Of a stretch of 64,000 bases of DNA, positions 47,665-56,645 are shown piece by piece (the first letter of the stretch is position 1; each line of letters begins with the position of its first letter). The position numbers and the translations under genes are program-made. The notes beneath the pieces were generated by a model. The model was not told the origin of the DNA. It ran no database searches and was given only the letters and a program-made list of their open reading frames with translations. Source of the stretch: an uncultured Actinomycetota bacterium (lineage in GTDB: Bacteria; Actinomycetota; Actinomycetes; Streptosporangiales; Streptosporangiaceae); contig CAVYVO010000032.1 of the NCBI GenBank assembly GCA_963771985.1, positions 5,019-69,018 on the forward strand, written 5' to 3'.

Positions 47665-48214
47665 CTTGTGTCCTCCACCCTCAGCCCATCCCGCGCCGCA
47701 GCCGGGCCGCAAGGCCGGAGGTCCTTCCCGGGGGCCTGCGCCTGGCCACGGTCCGCCAGTTGGCTACCGGCGAGCGCGGCACCGGCCTCATCAGCGAACG
47801 CACGCCACGAGCCTTCGGCAAGCAGCTCAACCTCGGTGTCTGCGGCCAGGCTATCGTGGTCAACGCCCTGTGCCTGCTGCGCCACCGTGACACGGCCGCC
47901 CCACTGCAGCCCGGCCGGCTGATGCCGGGGATACCGTCCTGGAACCGGGGCCGCCCGGGGCGACGCCCCGCCAGCTTCGCGGCGCTGCCCCGATGGCAGC
48001 GCGCTCCAGGCGTGCTCGGATGGCCGCCTTGGCTGGAACTTTGCGGCGGGGGCTTGGCCACCGTCCGTTCGGGATGACTGAGGGGATCGGCCGGACCGGG
48101 CTGGCTGCCCGCGGACCTCAGCCAGCGCGGGACCTTCGGCCCCTGGCTGCGAGCTAGCGCGGGCTGAATGCTAAAAGAGTGATGTCGGCCGCGCTGGAGT
48201 GAAGGAGGCGCGGG

Positions 48215-49750
48215 ATGGCAGCTGCAGACGCCGCCCACCCGGCCGGTTATCCGGCCGAGGGAAAGCTGGTGGCCGGGGAGAAGTCAAAGCTCCGTAAGGT
48301 GTTGCGCCGGTTCGACCTCGTGCTGTTCACCGCGTGCGCCATCGTCGGCCTGGACAGCGTCGCCGCCGCGGCGCAAGCGGGCGCGCAGGCCATTACCTGG
48401 CTGGCCATCTCGCTGGTGCTCTTCCTGGTCCCGTACGGGATGCTGGTCGCCGAGCTCGGCTCCGCCTTCCCGGTGGAGGGCGGGCCCTATGAATGGGTGC
48501 GCATGTCCTTCGGACGTCCCGTCGGGGCTGTGGCATCGGTCCTGTACTGGCTGTCGAACCCGCTGTGGATCGGCGGCACGCTGACCGCGACCACGATCGC
48601 CGCGCTGAACAGTTTTGTCCTGACCAGGCCGCTCGGTACGGGCTGGGAGATCGCGGTGGGCCTGGTCTTCATCTGGGTGACGGTCGGGGTCGCGATCGTG
48701 GCGTTCCGGATCGGCAAGTGGGGTCCCAACATCGGCACGTTCGTGAAGATCGCGGTGGTGGGGCTGTTCACCGTGCTGTTCATCATCTTCCTCGCCCGGC
48801 ACGGCCGGCCTGCGGGGGCGTCCGGCGCCGCGGACCTGAGACCGTCAGTGGCGGGATTCCTCACCGCGATCGGGATCCTGGTGTTCCTCTGGGTGGGCTT
48901 CGAGCTGTCCAGTGGCGCGTCTGAGGAGATGCACCATCCCCGGCGGGACGTACCTGCCATGATCGCGGGCTCCGGGGTCATCGGCGCGGTGCTGTACGGC
49001 CTGGCCATCTTGGGCATCGTGCTGGTAATCCCGAAGAGCGGGCTATCGACGGTCACCGGCTTCACCGACGCCTACAAGTCCGTCGCCACGGTGCTGCACT
49101 CCCGGCCGCTGGACGCGGTCTTCGCGGTCCTGGTCATCTTGACGCTGGTCGGCAGCGGCTCGGTCTGGCTGGAGGGCGCGGACCGCACCCAGGCCATCGC
49201 GGCTCTAGACGGTGCCGCGCCAGCCTGGATGGGCAAGTTCGCCAGCTTCGGCACGCCGATCGCGGTGAACCTCGCCTCCGGAGTCATCGGCTCCATGATG
49301 TGCATCCTCGTCTTCGCCACGGCGAGCAGCCTGGCCGGTTTCTTCGCGGTCATGCTGGCGCTCACGATCTCCACCACGGTGCTCACCTACGTCTTTGTCT
49401 TCCCCTCGCTGCTCATCCTGCGCCGCAAGTTCCCGGACGTTAACCGGCCGTACCGGGTGCCCGGCGGGACGGCGGGAGCGTGGCTCGCGGTGATCATCAG
49501 CGAGGCGTTCGTCATCGTCACCGTGATCACCCTGGTGTGGCCAGGGGCGATCAACGCGCTCTTCGGCCAGTCCTACTCGATCAGGGCGGCCTGGAGCGTC
49601 TCGCGGGTCTACTTCGAGTCGGTGACGCTGAGCTCGCTGGCCGCTGTCATCGCGCTCGGCCTGGTGTTCTGGGTCCTTGGCGAACGCAAGCGGCGCGCTG
49701 GCCTGCTGGGCATAGACGTCACGGCCGAGACCGGACCGCCCGGAAGGTGA
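48215..49750 (+). CDS. APC-family amino-acid/polyamine permease
   Basis: AELGSAFPVEGGPYEWV, GFELSSGASEEM, RPYRVPGG; about 12 TM helices. Confidence 0.92.
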   Translation: MAAADAAHPAGYPAEGKLVAGEKSKLRKVLRRFDLVLFTACAIVGLDSVAAAAQAGAQAITWLAISLVLFLVPYGMLVAELGSAFPVEGGPYEWVRMSFGRPVGAVASVLYWLSNPLWIGGTLTATTIAALNSFVLTRPLGTGWEIAVGLVFIWVTVGVAIVAFRIGKWGPNIGTFVKIAVVGLFTVLFIIFLARHGRPAGASGAADLRPSVAGFLTAIGILVFLWVGFELSSGASEEMHHPRRDVPAMIAGSGVIGAVLYGLAILGIVLVIPKSGLSTVTGFTDAYKSVATVLHSRPLDAVFAVLVILTLVGSGSVWLEGADRTQAIAALDGAAPAWMGKFASFGTPIAVNLASGVIGSMMCILVFATASSLAGFFAVMLALTISTTVLTYVFVFPSLLILRRKFPDVNRPYRVPGGTAGAWLAVIISEAFVIVTVITLVWPGAINALFGQSYSIRAAWSVSRVYFESVTLSSLAAVIALGLVFWVLGERKRRAGLLGIDVTAETGPPGR

Positions 49751-49884
49751 TCACGGCCGGAGGCCATCCGGCGGCATCGGCTGGCATGCGCGAGCGATGG
49801 CAAACGTCAGCTAGCGGCTCTCGCCGGGGACAGGCGGCTCGGTCGGCGGGGCTGATAAGGAAGTGGAAGACGGCCCGGTCGTGC

Positions 49885-50106
49885 CAGATCCGCAAGGTGG
49901 TGGCTATCCCGCTTGCGCCGCGCACCGCCAGGGCCATCGGCCTGGCGACCGGCGAGCGGACCGGCGGCCCGGTCTTCCTCGACGCCGGCGGGCGGCGGCC
50001 GGACGGGCACAGAGCGGGGCGGATTGTCGCCAGGGCCACCCGGCGCGCCGACATCAGCAAGCACGTCACCCCGCACACGCTGCGGCACGCCTTCATCACC
50101 GCTGCG
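49885..50106 (+). pseudogene. Tyrosine recombinase C-terminal fragment
   Basis: IPLAPRTARAI..GPVFL..KHVTPHTLRHAFITAA (HxLRH box); the catalytic Tyr region and the N-terminus are missing. Confidence 0.8.
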
Positions 50107-50396
50107 GAAAATGAGCAACGTTGCATCCAGCGCATCATTCAGCGATTTGTGTGAACACGCGTTGCCTGCGGCGCAGCGTACGGCCCTGCGACGATTTCGG
50201 CGCAACGGAGCGCGGCGCAGCACCCGTGACTTGGGATGTCAACAGCCGGTTACATCAGGTGCCCGGATGCGTCATCTGATCCCGTTGCAGGAGGTGACCG
50301 TATGTTGCGGCCAAGGCAACGTTCAAGAGCGCAGTGAGGGCAGGAGCAGCACCCGCCACTATGGGATCGGGCGACGTGACGATGAGAGCTACAGCG

Positions 50397-51149
50397 TCAG
50401 TCTGCCGCGCGGACGGCTGCTTCGGCCTCGGCGAGGGTTTGCTCGGCGTCCTGAATCCGCCAGGGCAGCAGGCCAGCGGCGCGAGCCAGCTCTGCCGCCC
50501 GGTACAGCAACCCGGCGGCGCGCCGCGGGTCGCCTGCGGCCAGCTCCGCTTGGCCGAGCGCGACCAGCGCGCTGGGCACCCGGCGCAGGTCGCCCAGCCG
50601 TTCCCGCAGCGCGAGCGAATGCCCGAGCTGCCGGACAGCCTCCCGGGGGCGGACATCCTTGTACATGTAGTAGAACCCGAGGTGCCGGCGGATCTCGGAG
50701 GCCCCGTACAGGTCGCCGCTTTCCTCGACCGCCTCGGCCAGGCCGAACGCCTGCCACAGGTACGGCATCCCCGCGTCCCAGTCGCGGCGCAGGACCTGGA
50801 AAACCAGGCTCACGCCGAACAGCGCCCGCGCGGTGCCCGCCGCGTCCCCGGTTTCCTGCCAGGCGGCCAGCGCGCGGCGCATGAGCTCCTCTTCGTCGGC
50901 CACGTCGGCATCGGACAGCGCCGTGCCGCCGACCAGCTGCGTGATGTTGCGGCCATGCCGGGTCATTCCCAGGCCGGTGATCGCGAGCGCTTCACCCTCG
51001 CGGTCGCCGTCCCTCGCGGCCAGGTCCCGCGCTTCGGTGAACAGCCGTTCTGCTTCCGCGAAGTCCGCGGTGCAGAACGACGCCTCGGTGAGTGCCTCGT
51101 CGGCCGCCGCGCACAGCGCGCGGGTGGCCAAGCCCGGCGGAGTCGTCAT
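50397..51149 (-). CDS. Tetratricopeptide-repeat protein
   Basis: Repeated helical units (GDREGEALAITGLG; GDAAGTARALFG; SLALRERLGD..SALVALG). Confidence 0.75.
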   Translation of the reverse strand: MTTPPGLATRALCAAADEALTEASFCTADFAEAERLFTEARDLAARDGDREGEALAITGLGMTRHGRNITQLVGGTALSDADVADEEELMRRALAAWQETGDAAGTARALFGVSLVFQVLRRDWDAGMPYLWQAFGLAEAVEESGDLYGASEIRRHLGFYYMYKDVRPREAVRQLGHSLALRERLGDLRRVPSALVALGQAELAAGDPRRAAGLLYRAAELARAAGLLPWRIQDAEQTLAEAEAAVRAAD

Positions 51150-51276
51150 AAACGCCAGCCTAGCCGGGTCAATCTCGCGTTCACCGCGGGAGGTCAGTAC
51201 GGCTGGTGGCGCTCACTCGCGTCAATATCGGTCACGTCGGCATCCATCTCGTCCTCATAAACGCCGTAAGGGGCCC

Positions 51277-53573
51277 CAGATCTCCGGAAGGCACGTTCAG
51301 CGCGGTGTTAAATCGTCAGGTTCGCGGTGAGCTGGTAGGTGATGGGCCTGGTGTCGCCCGGCATCTGCGGCGGGGTGGCGTTGATCTGGTCGGCGAGCAG
51401 GGCCAGGGCGCGGGCGATGCGGGGCTCGGCGGGCTGCTGGAGGGTGACGGTGATGGCCTCGGGGGTGAAGGTGATGGTGCCGACGGTGCCGCGGATGATG
51501 GTCTCGCGGGTGATGGCGCGGTATTCGTCATCGTCGCGCAGGTAGGCGTTGAGCTGGCCCGATAGCCAGTGCTCGGCGTTGTGCGCGAGGAGCCGCAGGA
51601 CCATCTGCAGGCCGCGGCGCCCGGTGTGCAGCACCGCCACGCGGGCTTGCGGGTCGATCTGGTTTGCGGGAAGTTTCGCCGGGATCGCGTCCCGCGCCTT
51701 CTTGGCCGCGGCGAGCTGGCGGCGGGCGGCGGCGATCTCGCGTTCGGCGGCGGGGATCAGCTTGGCGTTCTTGGCCGCGGGGGCGATGGACGGGTCGGCG
51801 AGCAGGACGGCGAGGGCGCGCTCAGCGGCGGCGAGGTTCTTGTCGGCCTCGCGGACGGCGGCGTTTGCTTTCTTGCGGGCCGGGTTGTCCACGATCTTGG
51901 TGTTCGCCTCGATATCCGCGGCGTAGTCGCAGATCGCGTCGATGCCGTAGTTGGCGGCGGCGTACTTGAGGTAGTTCTCCTCCCGCCACCGGGACTTCAG
52001 CCAGCCCAGCAGCGCGGCCGGGCACGCCTCGAAGTCTGACGTCAAGATCTGCAGGACGGGCCGCCCGTGCTCGAACAGGGTGAGCTGCCGGGCGGCGCCG
52101 TAGTCCTTGAGCTGGACTTCCTCGTCTGTCCAGGCGACGGCGCGGGTCGTGCCGTTCACGGTGATGACGGACAGGACCGGCAGCATCTGCGGGACGGCCA
52201 GCGGGGCGCGCCGGTAGGTCACCCAGTGCGCGTTGTTCTCCCGGCAGTGCGCGAACACGGCCGGGCAGGCGCCGCCGCGGCCGGACCCGAGCATGATCTC
52301 CGTCCCCTCCGGGACGGTCTTCTTCAGCTCGGCCAGGGCCTTCGGCAGCGTGACGGACAGCCCGGACGGCTCGCCGGTCACGAAGCACACCGCCCGCCCG
52401 TCATGCGTGGTCACGTGCGTGTCCGCGCGGCCCTTCTCCGCTCGGCCCCGCTTGTTGTTCCACCCCTTCCCGGCCGGTTTCGCCCCGGTGTAGGGGACGA
52501 AGTGATCGTCTGCGTAGTACACCCCGGAGGTCTCCGGGTCCGCCGCGGGCATCGCCTGCGCGAACGCCGCCTGCAGCTCCAGCGGGTCAGTGGCATCGGC
52601 GATCGCGGCCAGCCGGGGCCGCAGCGTGCGCAGCGACGGGAGGGCGGCCAGCCCGGCCAGCGGCCCGGCCTCGGCCGGGGCGAGATGCTTGAACTGCTCA
52701 GCCGTCGCCGCCCCCAGCGCGAAGCACGCGCTCACCGCCGACAGCAGCGCCGCCTCCCGGGCGTCGCCGCCGGCCGCATCCGGCAGGATCTCCCCGGCCT
52801 GCCCGGGATAGGCGTGCAGCAGCATCGCCCCCGCATACCGGGAGAACACCCGGCTGCTTTCCGCAGCCCGCGCCGTCCCCGTGAACGCCGGCGGCACGAC
52901 ACCCGGTTCCGGCCGCAGTGTGCGCTCCGGCTGCTCAGGCTCCTGCCCGGCATGCTCCGGCACGGCTTCCGGTTCCGGCTGCGGCGGCTGGTCCTCCCGG
53001 CTCGCCGTCGCAGCCGGGCCGGGATCAGCGGCTTCCTCCAGTTCGCCTTGCACCTGGGCCGGGCCAAGCCGCCGCAGCACTGTGGACTGCTGCACGCCCA
53101 GCCGCCGGGCGATCTCCGCGTCCCGCACCCCGGCCGCGCGCCATGCCCGGGCCTGCTCCCAGTCCTTCTCCGCCAGCGTGCGGGGCCGGCCTCGCGGCCG
53201 GACCAGCCCGGCGAGCCCGTCCCGCTGCGCCCGCTGGTGCAGCGTCGCCACGTAGTTCTCCGTCAGCCCCAGCGCCGCCGCGACCTGCCTGCCGCCGAAC
53301 CCGATCTGCCGCAGCGCCGCCACCGCGATGTTCCGCATGACGGTGTCGCCGTCGGCGAACCGGAACAGCGCGGTCTTCCCGGCGAAGATCCACGTCACCC
53401 CGTCCGAGCGCAGCACCCGCAGGTCAGCAGCTTCCGGCATGCCCTCCAGGATGGCAGACGCGGCGGCTGACGGCATACGCTGATCATATCAGTATTTAAC
53501 ACTTTAAACAAGGCAAGCCAGGCGGATCATCCCAGGTCAGAACGGGTGCTGGCACACACCTTCCGGAGATCTG
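51277..53573 (-). mobile_element. IS copy 1 of the CAGATCTCCGG-ended family
   Basis: IRs CAGATCTCCGGAAGG and CCTTCCGGAGATCTG; 5-bp TSD GGCCC (51272-51276 and 53574-53578). Confidence 0.9.
51308..53440 (-). CDS. Putative DDE transposase (copy 1), probably inactive
   Basis: HTH N-terminus; YYADDHFVPY; RWREENYLK. The FDRGG motif of the other two copies reads SGRGG here. Confidence 0.85.
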   Translation of the reverse strand: MPEAADLRVLRSDGVTWIFAGKTALFRFADGDTVMRNIAVAALRQIGFGGRQVAAALGLTENYVATLHQRAQRDGLAGLVRPRGRPRTLAEKDWEQARAWRAAGVRDAEIARRLGVQQSTVLRRLGPAQVQGELEEAADPGPAATASREDQPPQPEPEAVPEHAGQEPEQPERTLRPEPGVVPPAFTGTARAAESSRVFSRYAGAMLLHAYPGQAGEILPDAAGGDAREAALLSAVSACFALGAATAEQFKHLAPAEAGPLAGLAALPSLRTLRPRLAAIADATDPLELQAAFAQAMPAADPETSGVYYADDHFVPYTGAKPAGKGWNNKRGRAEKGRADTHVTTHDGRAVCFVTGEPSGLSVTLPKALAELKKTVPEGTEIMLGSGRGGACPAVFAHCRENNAHWVTYRRAPLAVPQMLPVLSVITVNGTTRAVAWTDEEVQLKDYGAARQLTLFEHGRPVLQILTSDFEACPAALLGWLKSRWREENYLKYAAANYGIDAICDYAADIEANTKIVDNPARKKANAAVREADKNLAAAERALAVLLADPSIAPAAKNAKLIPAAEREIAAARRQLAAAKKARDAIPAKLPANQIDPQARVAVLHTGRRGLQMVLRLLAHNAEHWLSGQLNAYLRDDDEYRAITRETIIRGTVGTITFTPEAITVTLQQPAEPRIARALALLADQINATPPQMPGDTRPITYQLTANLTI

Positions 53574-53767
53574 GGCCCCGCCCGATGTCCAGCCGACGAC
53601 GAACATGCGACGGCCGCAAACATCGGCCCAGATCGGATCAGCCTGATCGGCGGCGGTTTCATGGGCCGGCCGACGTCCCGGACTCCTGGATCGCCGCTTT
53701 TGCGCCCGTCCCATCTGGTGACCTCCGGTAATCTGCGTCGCGCTGGCCCGTCAGAACTCCTGGCGTC

Positions 53768-54472
53768 TTACGGCAAGTCCCGGAAGATGAACCGCGGTGC
53801 GGACTGGCTGAGTATGGCGGCCATCGGTGTGAAGGACCAGATGGCGTTAAGTTCCTCAGCGACAGCGGCGATGAGCTTGGGCACATCGGATGGCGCTGAG
53901 CCGTGCATGGCTTCGGCCACGATAAGCGCAGTGGTCGTCGAGTCCTGGACGGCCGACAGGCCACTTTGCCGGTTCGTCCATCGCCGGGCGTGCACCTGTC
54001 CCGCCTGGTCCGCGAAGATCACCTCATGAGGGCCGGGATGCTCAGTCTGGCCGGAGAACGTCAGGTAATCCTCGTCGCCAGCTGCGTACCGTACCTCCAG
54101 GCGCCCGGTGATCTTGGAAACGTCGAAGGCGGCCACCGGGATCGCGAAAGCGGCAGAGGCGGCGTTGCATACGTCGACGAGCGGGTGCAACCGCGGAAGG
54201 ATCCCGTCCTTCCGCAAGCGCCGCAGCAGCGCCTCCGAAGCGCAACGGTACTGAGTCGGCTTGAGCCCCATCCTGGTGAAGGCATTTCGCCACGCCCGGA
54301 TTTCGGGCAGCTCGCTTTCCGTCACCTCGGCCAACCGGGACCTCGCGACGGCGGTGAATCTGTCGACTTGATCGCCGACTGCGACATCGTGCGTGATCCC
54401 GTCGGCGAACACGATCCCAGGAACTAGCTCTGGGAAGTCACGCCAGATCTCACCGGAATGCTGGAAGTCCAT
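53768..54472 (-). CDS. B3/B4-domain (PheT-like tRNA-editing) protein
   Basis: IRAWRNAFTRMGLKPTQYRCASEALLRRL..HPLVDVCN..EVIFAD..RRWTNRQS. Confidence 0.9.
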   Translation of the reverse strand: MDFQHSGEIWRDFPELVPGIVFADGITHDVAVGDQVDRFTAVARSRLAEVTESELPEIRAWRNAFTRMGLKPTQYRCASEALLRRLRKDGILPRLHPLVDVCNAASAAFAIPVAAFDVSKITGRLEVRYAAGDEDYLTFSGQTEHPGPHEVIFADQAGQVHARRWTNRQSGLSAVQDSTTTALIVAEAMHGSAPSDVPKLIAAVAEELNAIWSFTPMAAILSQSAPRFIFRDLP

Positions 54473-54770
54473 GAGTTCCCTAATCCTCTGGGATGGGTGG
54501 AGAAATTAGCGATTCTGGTGACCACAGCGGTATGCAATCACGCCTGTCCCTCTTACGCACTATTCTGCCGCGGGAGCCCAGCCCGGGCGCGGTCCTGGAT
54601 CGCGTGCTTACCGCACGGTGCTGCGGTGCCTGCTCATCCGCGGTGCTAGGCGATGCTGCTGGAGAAAGGTGCGACCGTGGGTTCGGCGCGGCTGTTCGTG
54701 CTGCTTGCCACCCGTGCGGCAACGCTGGAGGAACTGCGTGGCAAGCCGCCAGAAGGGGCCGATGGTGATG

Positions 54771-54942
54771 CGCTGTCCCTTTTCTGAGCACCAGCGCGGC
54801 TGTTCGTCTCCGTCGATGGCCCGAGCGGCGCTGGCAAATCGACCATCGTGGAGCACTTGGCGCAGCTGCTGGTGGCCAGCGGCGAAGAAGTACACGTCAC
54901 CGCCGAGCCCAGTGACGAGCCGATCGGACGCCTGTGCAGCAA
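54771..54942 (+). pseudogene. Thymidylate kinase N-terminal fragment
   Basis: LFVSVDGPSGAGKSTIVEHLAQLL..VHVTAEPS.EPIGRLC (P-loop plus the TxEP motif); truncated. Confidence 0.75.
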
Positions 54943-55133
54943 ACCAGCAGGTCACGGCGCCGCGCTGGCAGCGACCCCCGAATCTCGTCCTAAGTCAGGT
55001 ATAAGGCAGCGGGGCAGTTGGTCGTCCGGCAGCGATCACAATTTGCGATGATGCGCCCACCTGCACCAGTGCGCCTGCCTGTCGCCGTGCGATTCGGCGG
55101 TCAGAGCGGAACCTCACGGGCACTTCAGCGGCA

Positions 55134-56405
55134 TTAACTTGTGCCCTCAAGCCCATGAAGCAGCAAGGGGGCCAGGGCATCCTCGCCTCGAGGCGTCATC
55201 ATCATCTGCGCTTTGCCGACGGCAAACGCCGTCTCGACTGGCTGGCCGGCGGCCAGGGCCTGGTAGAAGCCAATGCTGAACCGAATCGACGAGCGGTCAC
55301 CCACGGGCTGCCGCATGCCGATGACGTACGGAACTATCGCCGCCAGCGCCCGGGCGAGCCGTTCCGTGCGGCAGGCGTTGACGATAACGCACTGGACACC
55401 CTGGCCGACCGCCTTGAATGCCTCCACCAGCCCAGCTACCGGGATGATGTGCGCGAGCCCGACATCATCTTCCGCGGCGAAGCTTTCCTCCGCACCGCCA
55501 CCGTGCCCGGCGAAGTGGACGAACTCCGGCTGGACGTCGATGAGGGCCTGGGTGATGTCGCGCGGTCGTACCGCCCACGCGGTGTAGACCGAGATGTTGT
55601 CCCGCTCCCTGCCCTGGTTGATGGTCTGCTGGATCTCGCGTATCTCCTCGTCGACTCGCAGCGCGGGTGTGTCCTGAGGATTGGCTCCGAGAAAGAGGAT
55701 CTTCACGACCGGGCGGGGCTTGTGCGCGGACACCGGCCCCGCCGGGTTGCCGCTCACCCGTACAGTCCTCGTCAGGGTGCTGTTGTGCCGTCGGCGCGGC
55801 CCGCTGTATGCGAGATCGAAATAGATCGGTACCCCGGCACCTGCTTCCTGGGCCCGCGCGAAAAAAGACACATCCGCGGAGTCGCCGGCCCGCAACCGCT
55901 CCAGCGCGACGCTTCGGCTGCGAATCTCGGTGGAGACCTGCCCGGAGAGGGTGATCTCCAGTGCGGAAACGTCAACGTCACCGACGTTGCTGACGCGACC
56001 GCGCACGATGCTCCATTCACCAAGTGGCAGCTCAGCGGTCTCCAAGTCGACGATGACCTTCGGCTCAGGTGATGGGCCTGGTTCCGGGTCCACGACGATC
56101 TCGGTGGTGAAGCCGGTTTCGCGGCGGGATTGACCGGTGTGGTCCTGATAGGAGAAGTTCGGGCTGGTCAGTTGGTAGCGCCCGGCGCTGTCCGCCCGGA
56201 CACGGAGCGGCGATGTCACCGACTCGCCCGGCAGGAGCCTGCTCTCCCTGATCGTGTCCTGGCCGCGAAGCCGCATGATTCCGACCGGCAGCCTGATCGT
56301 GAAGATGACGTTCAGGCACACGCCTGGCCCGCTGTTCGTCAGGCGGATCTCCAGGTCGGCGACGCCAGCGGGAATCCTCGCGGGCGACACCGCGACCTCG
56401 ATCAT
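55134..56405 (-). CDS. Two Ig-like (CARDB/BatD-like) repeats plus a C-terminal CHAT (caspase-like) domain
   Basis: KILFLGANP..LRVDEEIREI, VHFAGHG (His), VIVNAC (Cys), VIGM, FSIGFYQALAAG. N-terminal repeats LEIRLTNSG..LLPGES and RGRVSNVG..LRAGDS. ATGA overlap with the upstream gene. Confidence 0.88.
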   Translation of the reverse strand: MIEVAVSPARIPAGVADLEIRLTNSGPGVCLNVIFTIRLPVGIMRLRGQDTIRESRLLPGESVTSPLRVRADSAGRYQLTSPNFSYQDHTGQSRRETGFTTEIVVDPEPGPSPEPKVIVDLETAELPLGEWSIVRGRVSNVGDVDVSALEITLSGQVSTEIRSRSVALERLRAGDSADVSFFARAQEAGAGVPIYFDLAYSGPRRRHNSTLTRTVRVSGNPAGPVSAHKPRPVVKILFLGANPQDTPALRVDEEIREIQQTINQGRERDNISVYTAWAVRPRDITQALIDVQPEFVHFAGHGGGAEESFAAEDDVGLAHIIPVAGLVEAFKAVGQGVQCVIVNACRTERLARALAAIVPYVIGMRQPVGDRSSIRFSIGFYQALAAGQPVETAFAVGKAQMMMTPRGEDALAPLLLHGLEGTS

Positions 56406-56626
56406 CCGCTTTCCCTCCCCAGCGTGACCGCCGTCGGATGATGCTGTCGCCGACACGCCCGGCAGTGCACGGCTACCTGGCCAGCTTCGCCCGACATGGC
56501 GGCGAACGCGTCATCGGGGATCAGCACCTGGTCATCGCGGCACAGCGGTTTGCCGCAATGGTGGCAGACCCCGGCGATCCGCCTTTTCCGGTCCTGGACG
56601 CTGCACTCGGCGCATTCCCAGCTCAT
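56402..56626 (-). CDS. Small stand-alone Zn-finger protein (B-box/AN1-like)
   Basis: CAEC..CHHCGKPLC..HCRAC..HH; strong GGGGAGG RBS. Confidence 0.8.
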   Translation of the reverse strand: MSWECAECSVQDRKRRIAGVCHHCGKPLCRDDQVLIPDDAFAAMSGEAGQVAVHCRACRRQHHPTAVTLGRESG

Positions 56627-56645
56627 AACCGCCTCCCCGCACGCC

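Larger units (their letters stand above)
51194..53714 (-). pseudogene. Small acidic hypothetical gene split by an IS (parts 53574-53714 and 51194-51271)
   Basis: Excision of the IS and one TSD restores an in-frame ...RRMFVVGWTSGGA|PYGVYEDEMDADVTDIDASERHQPY*. Confidence 0.7.
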
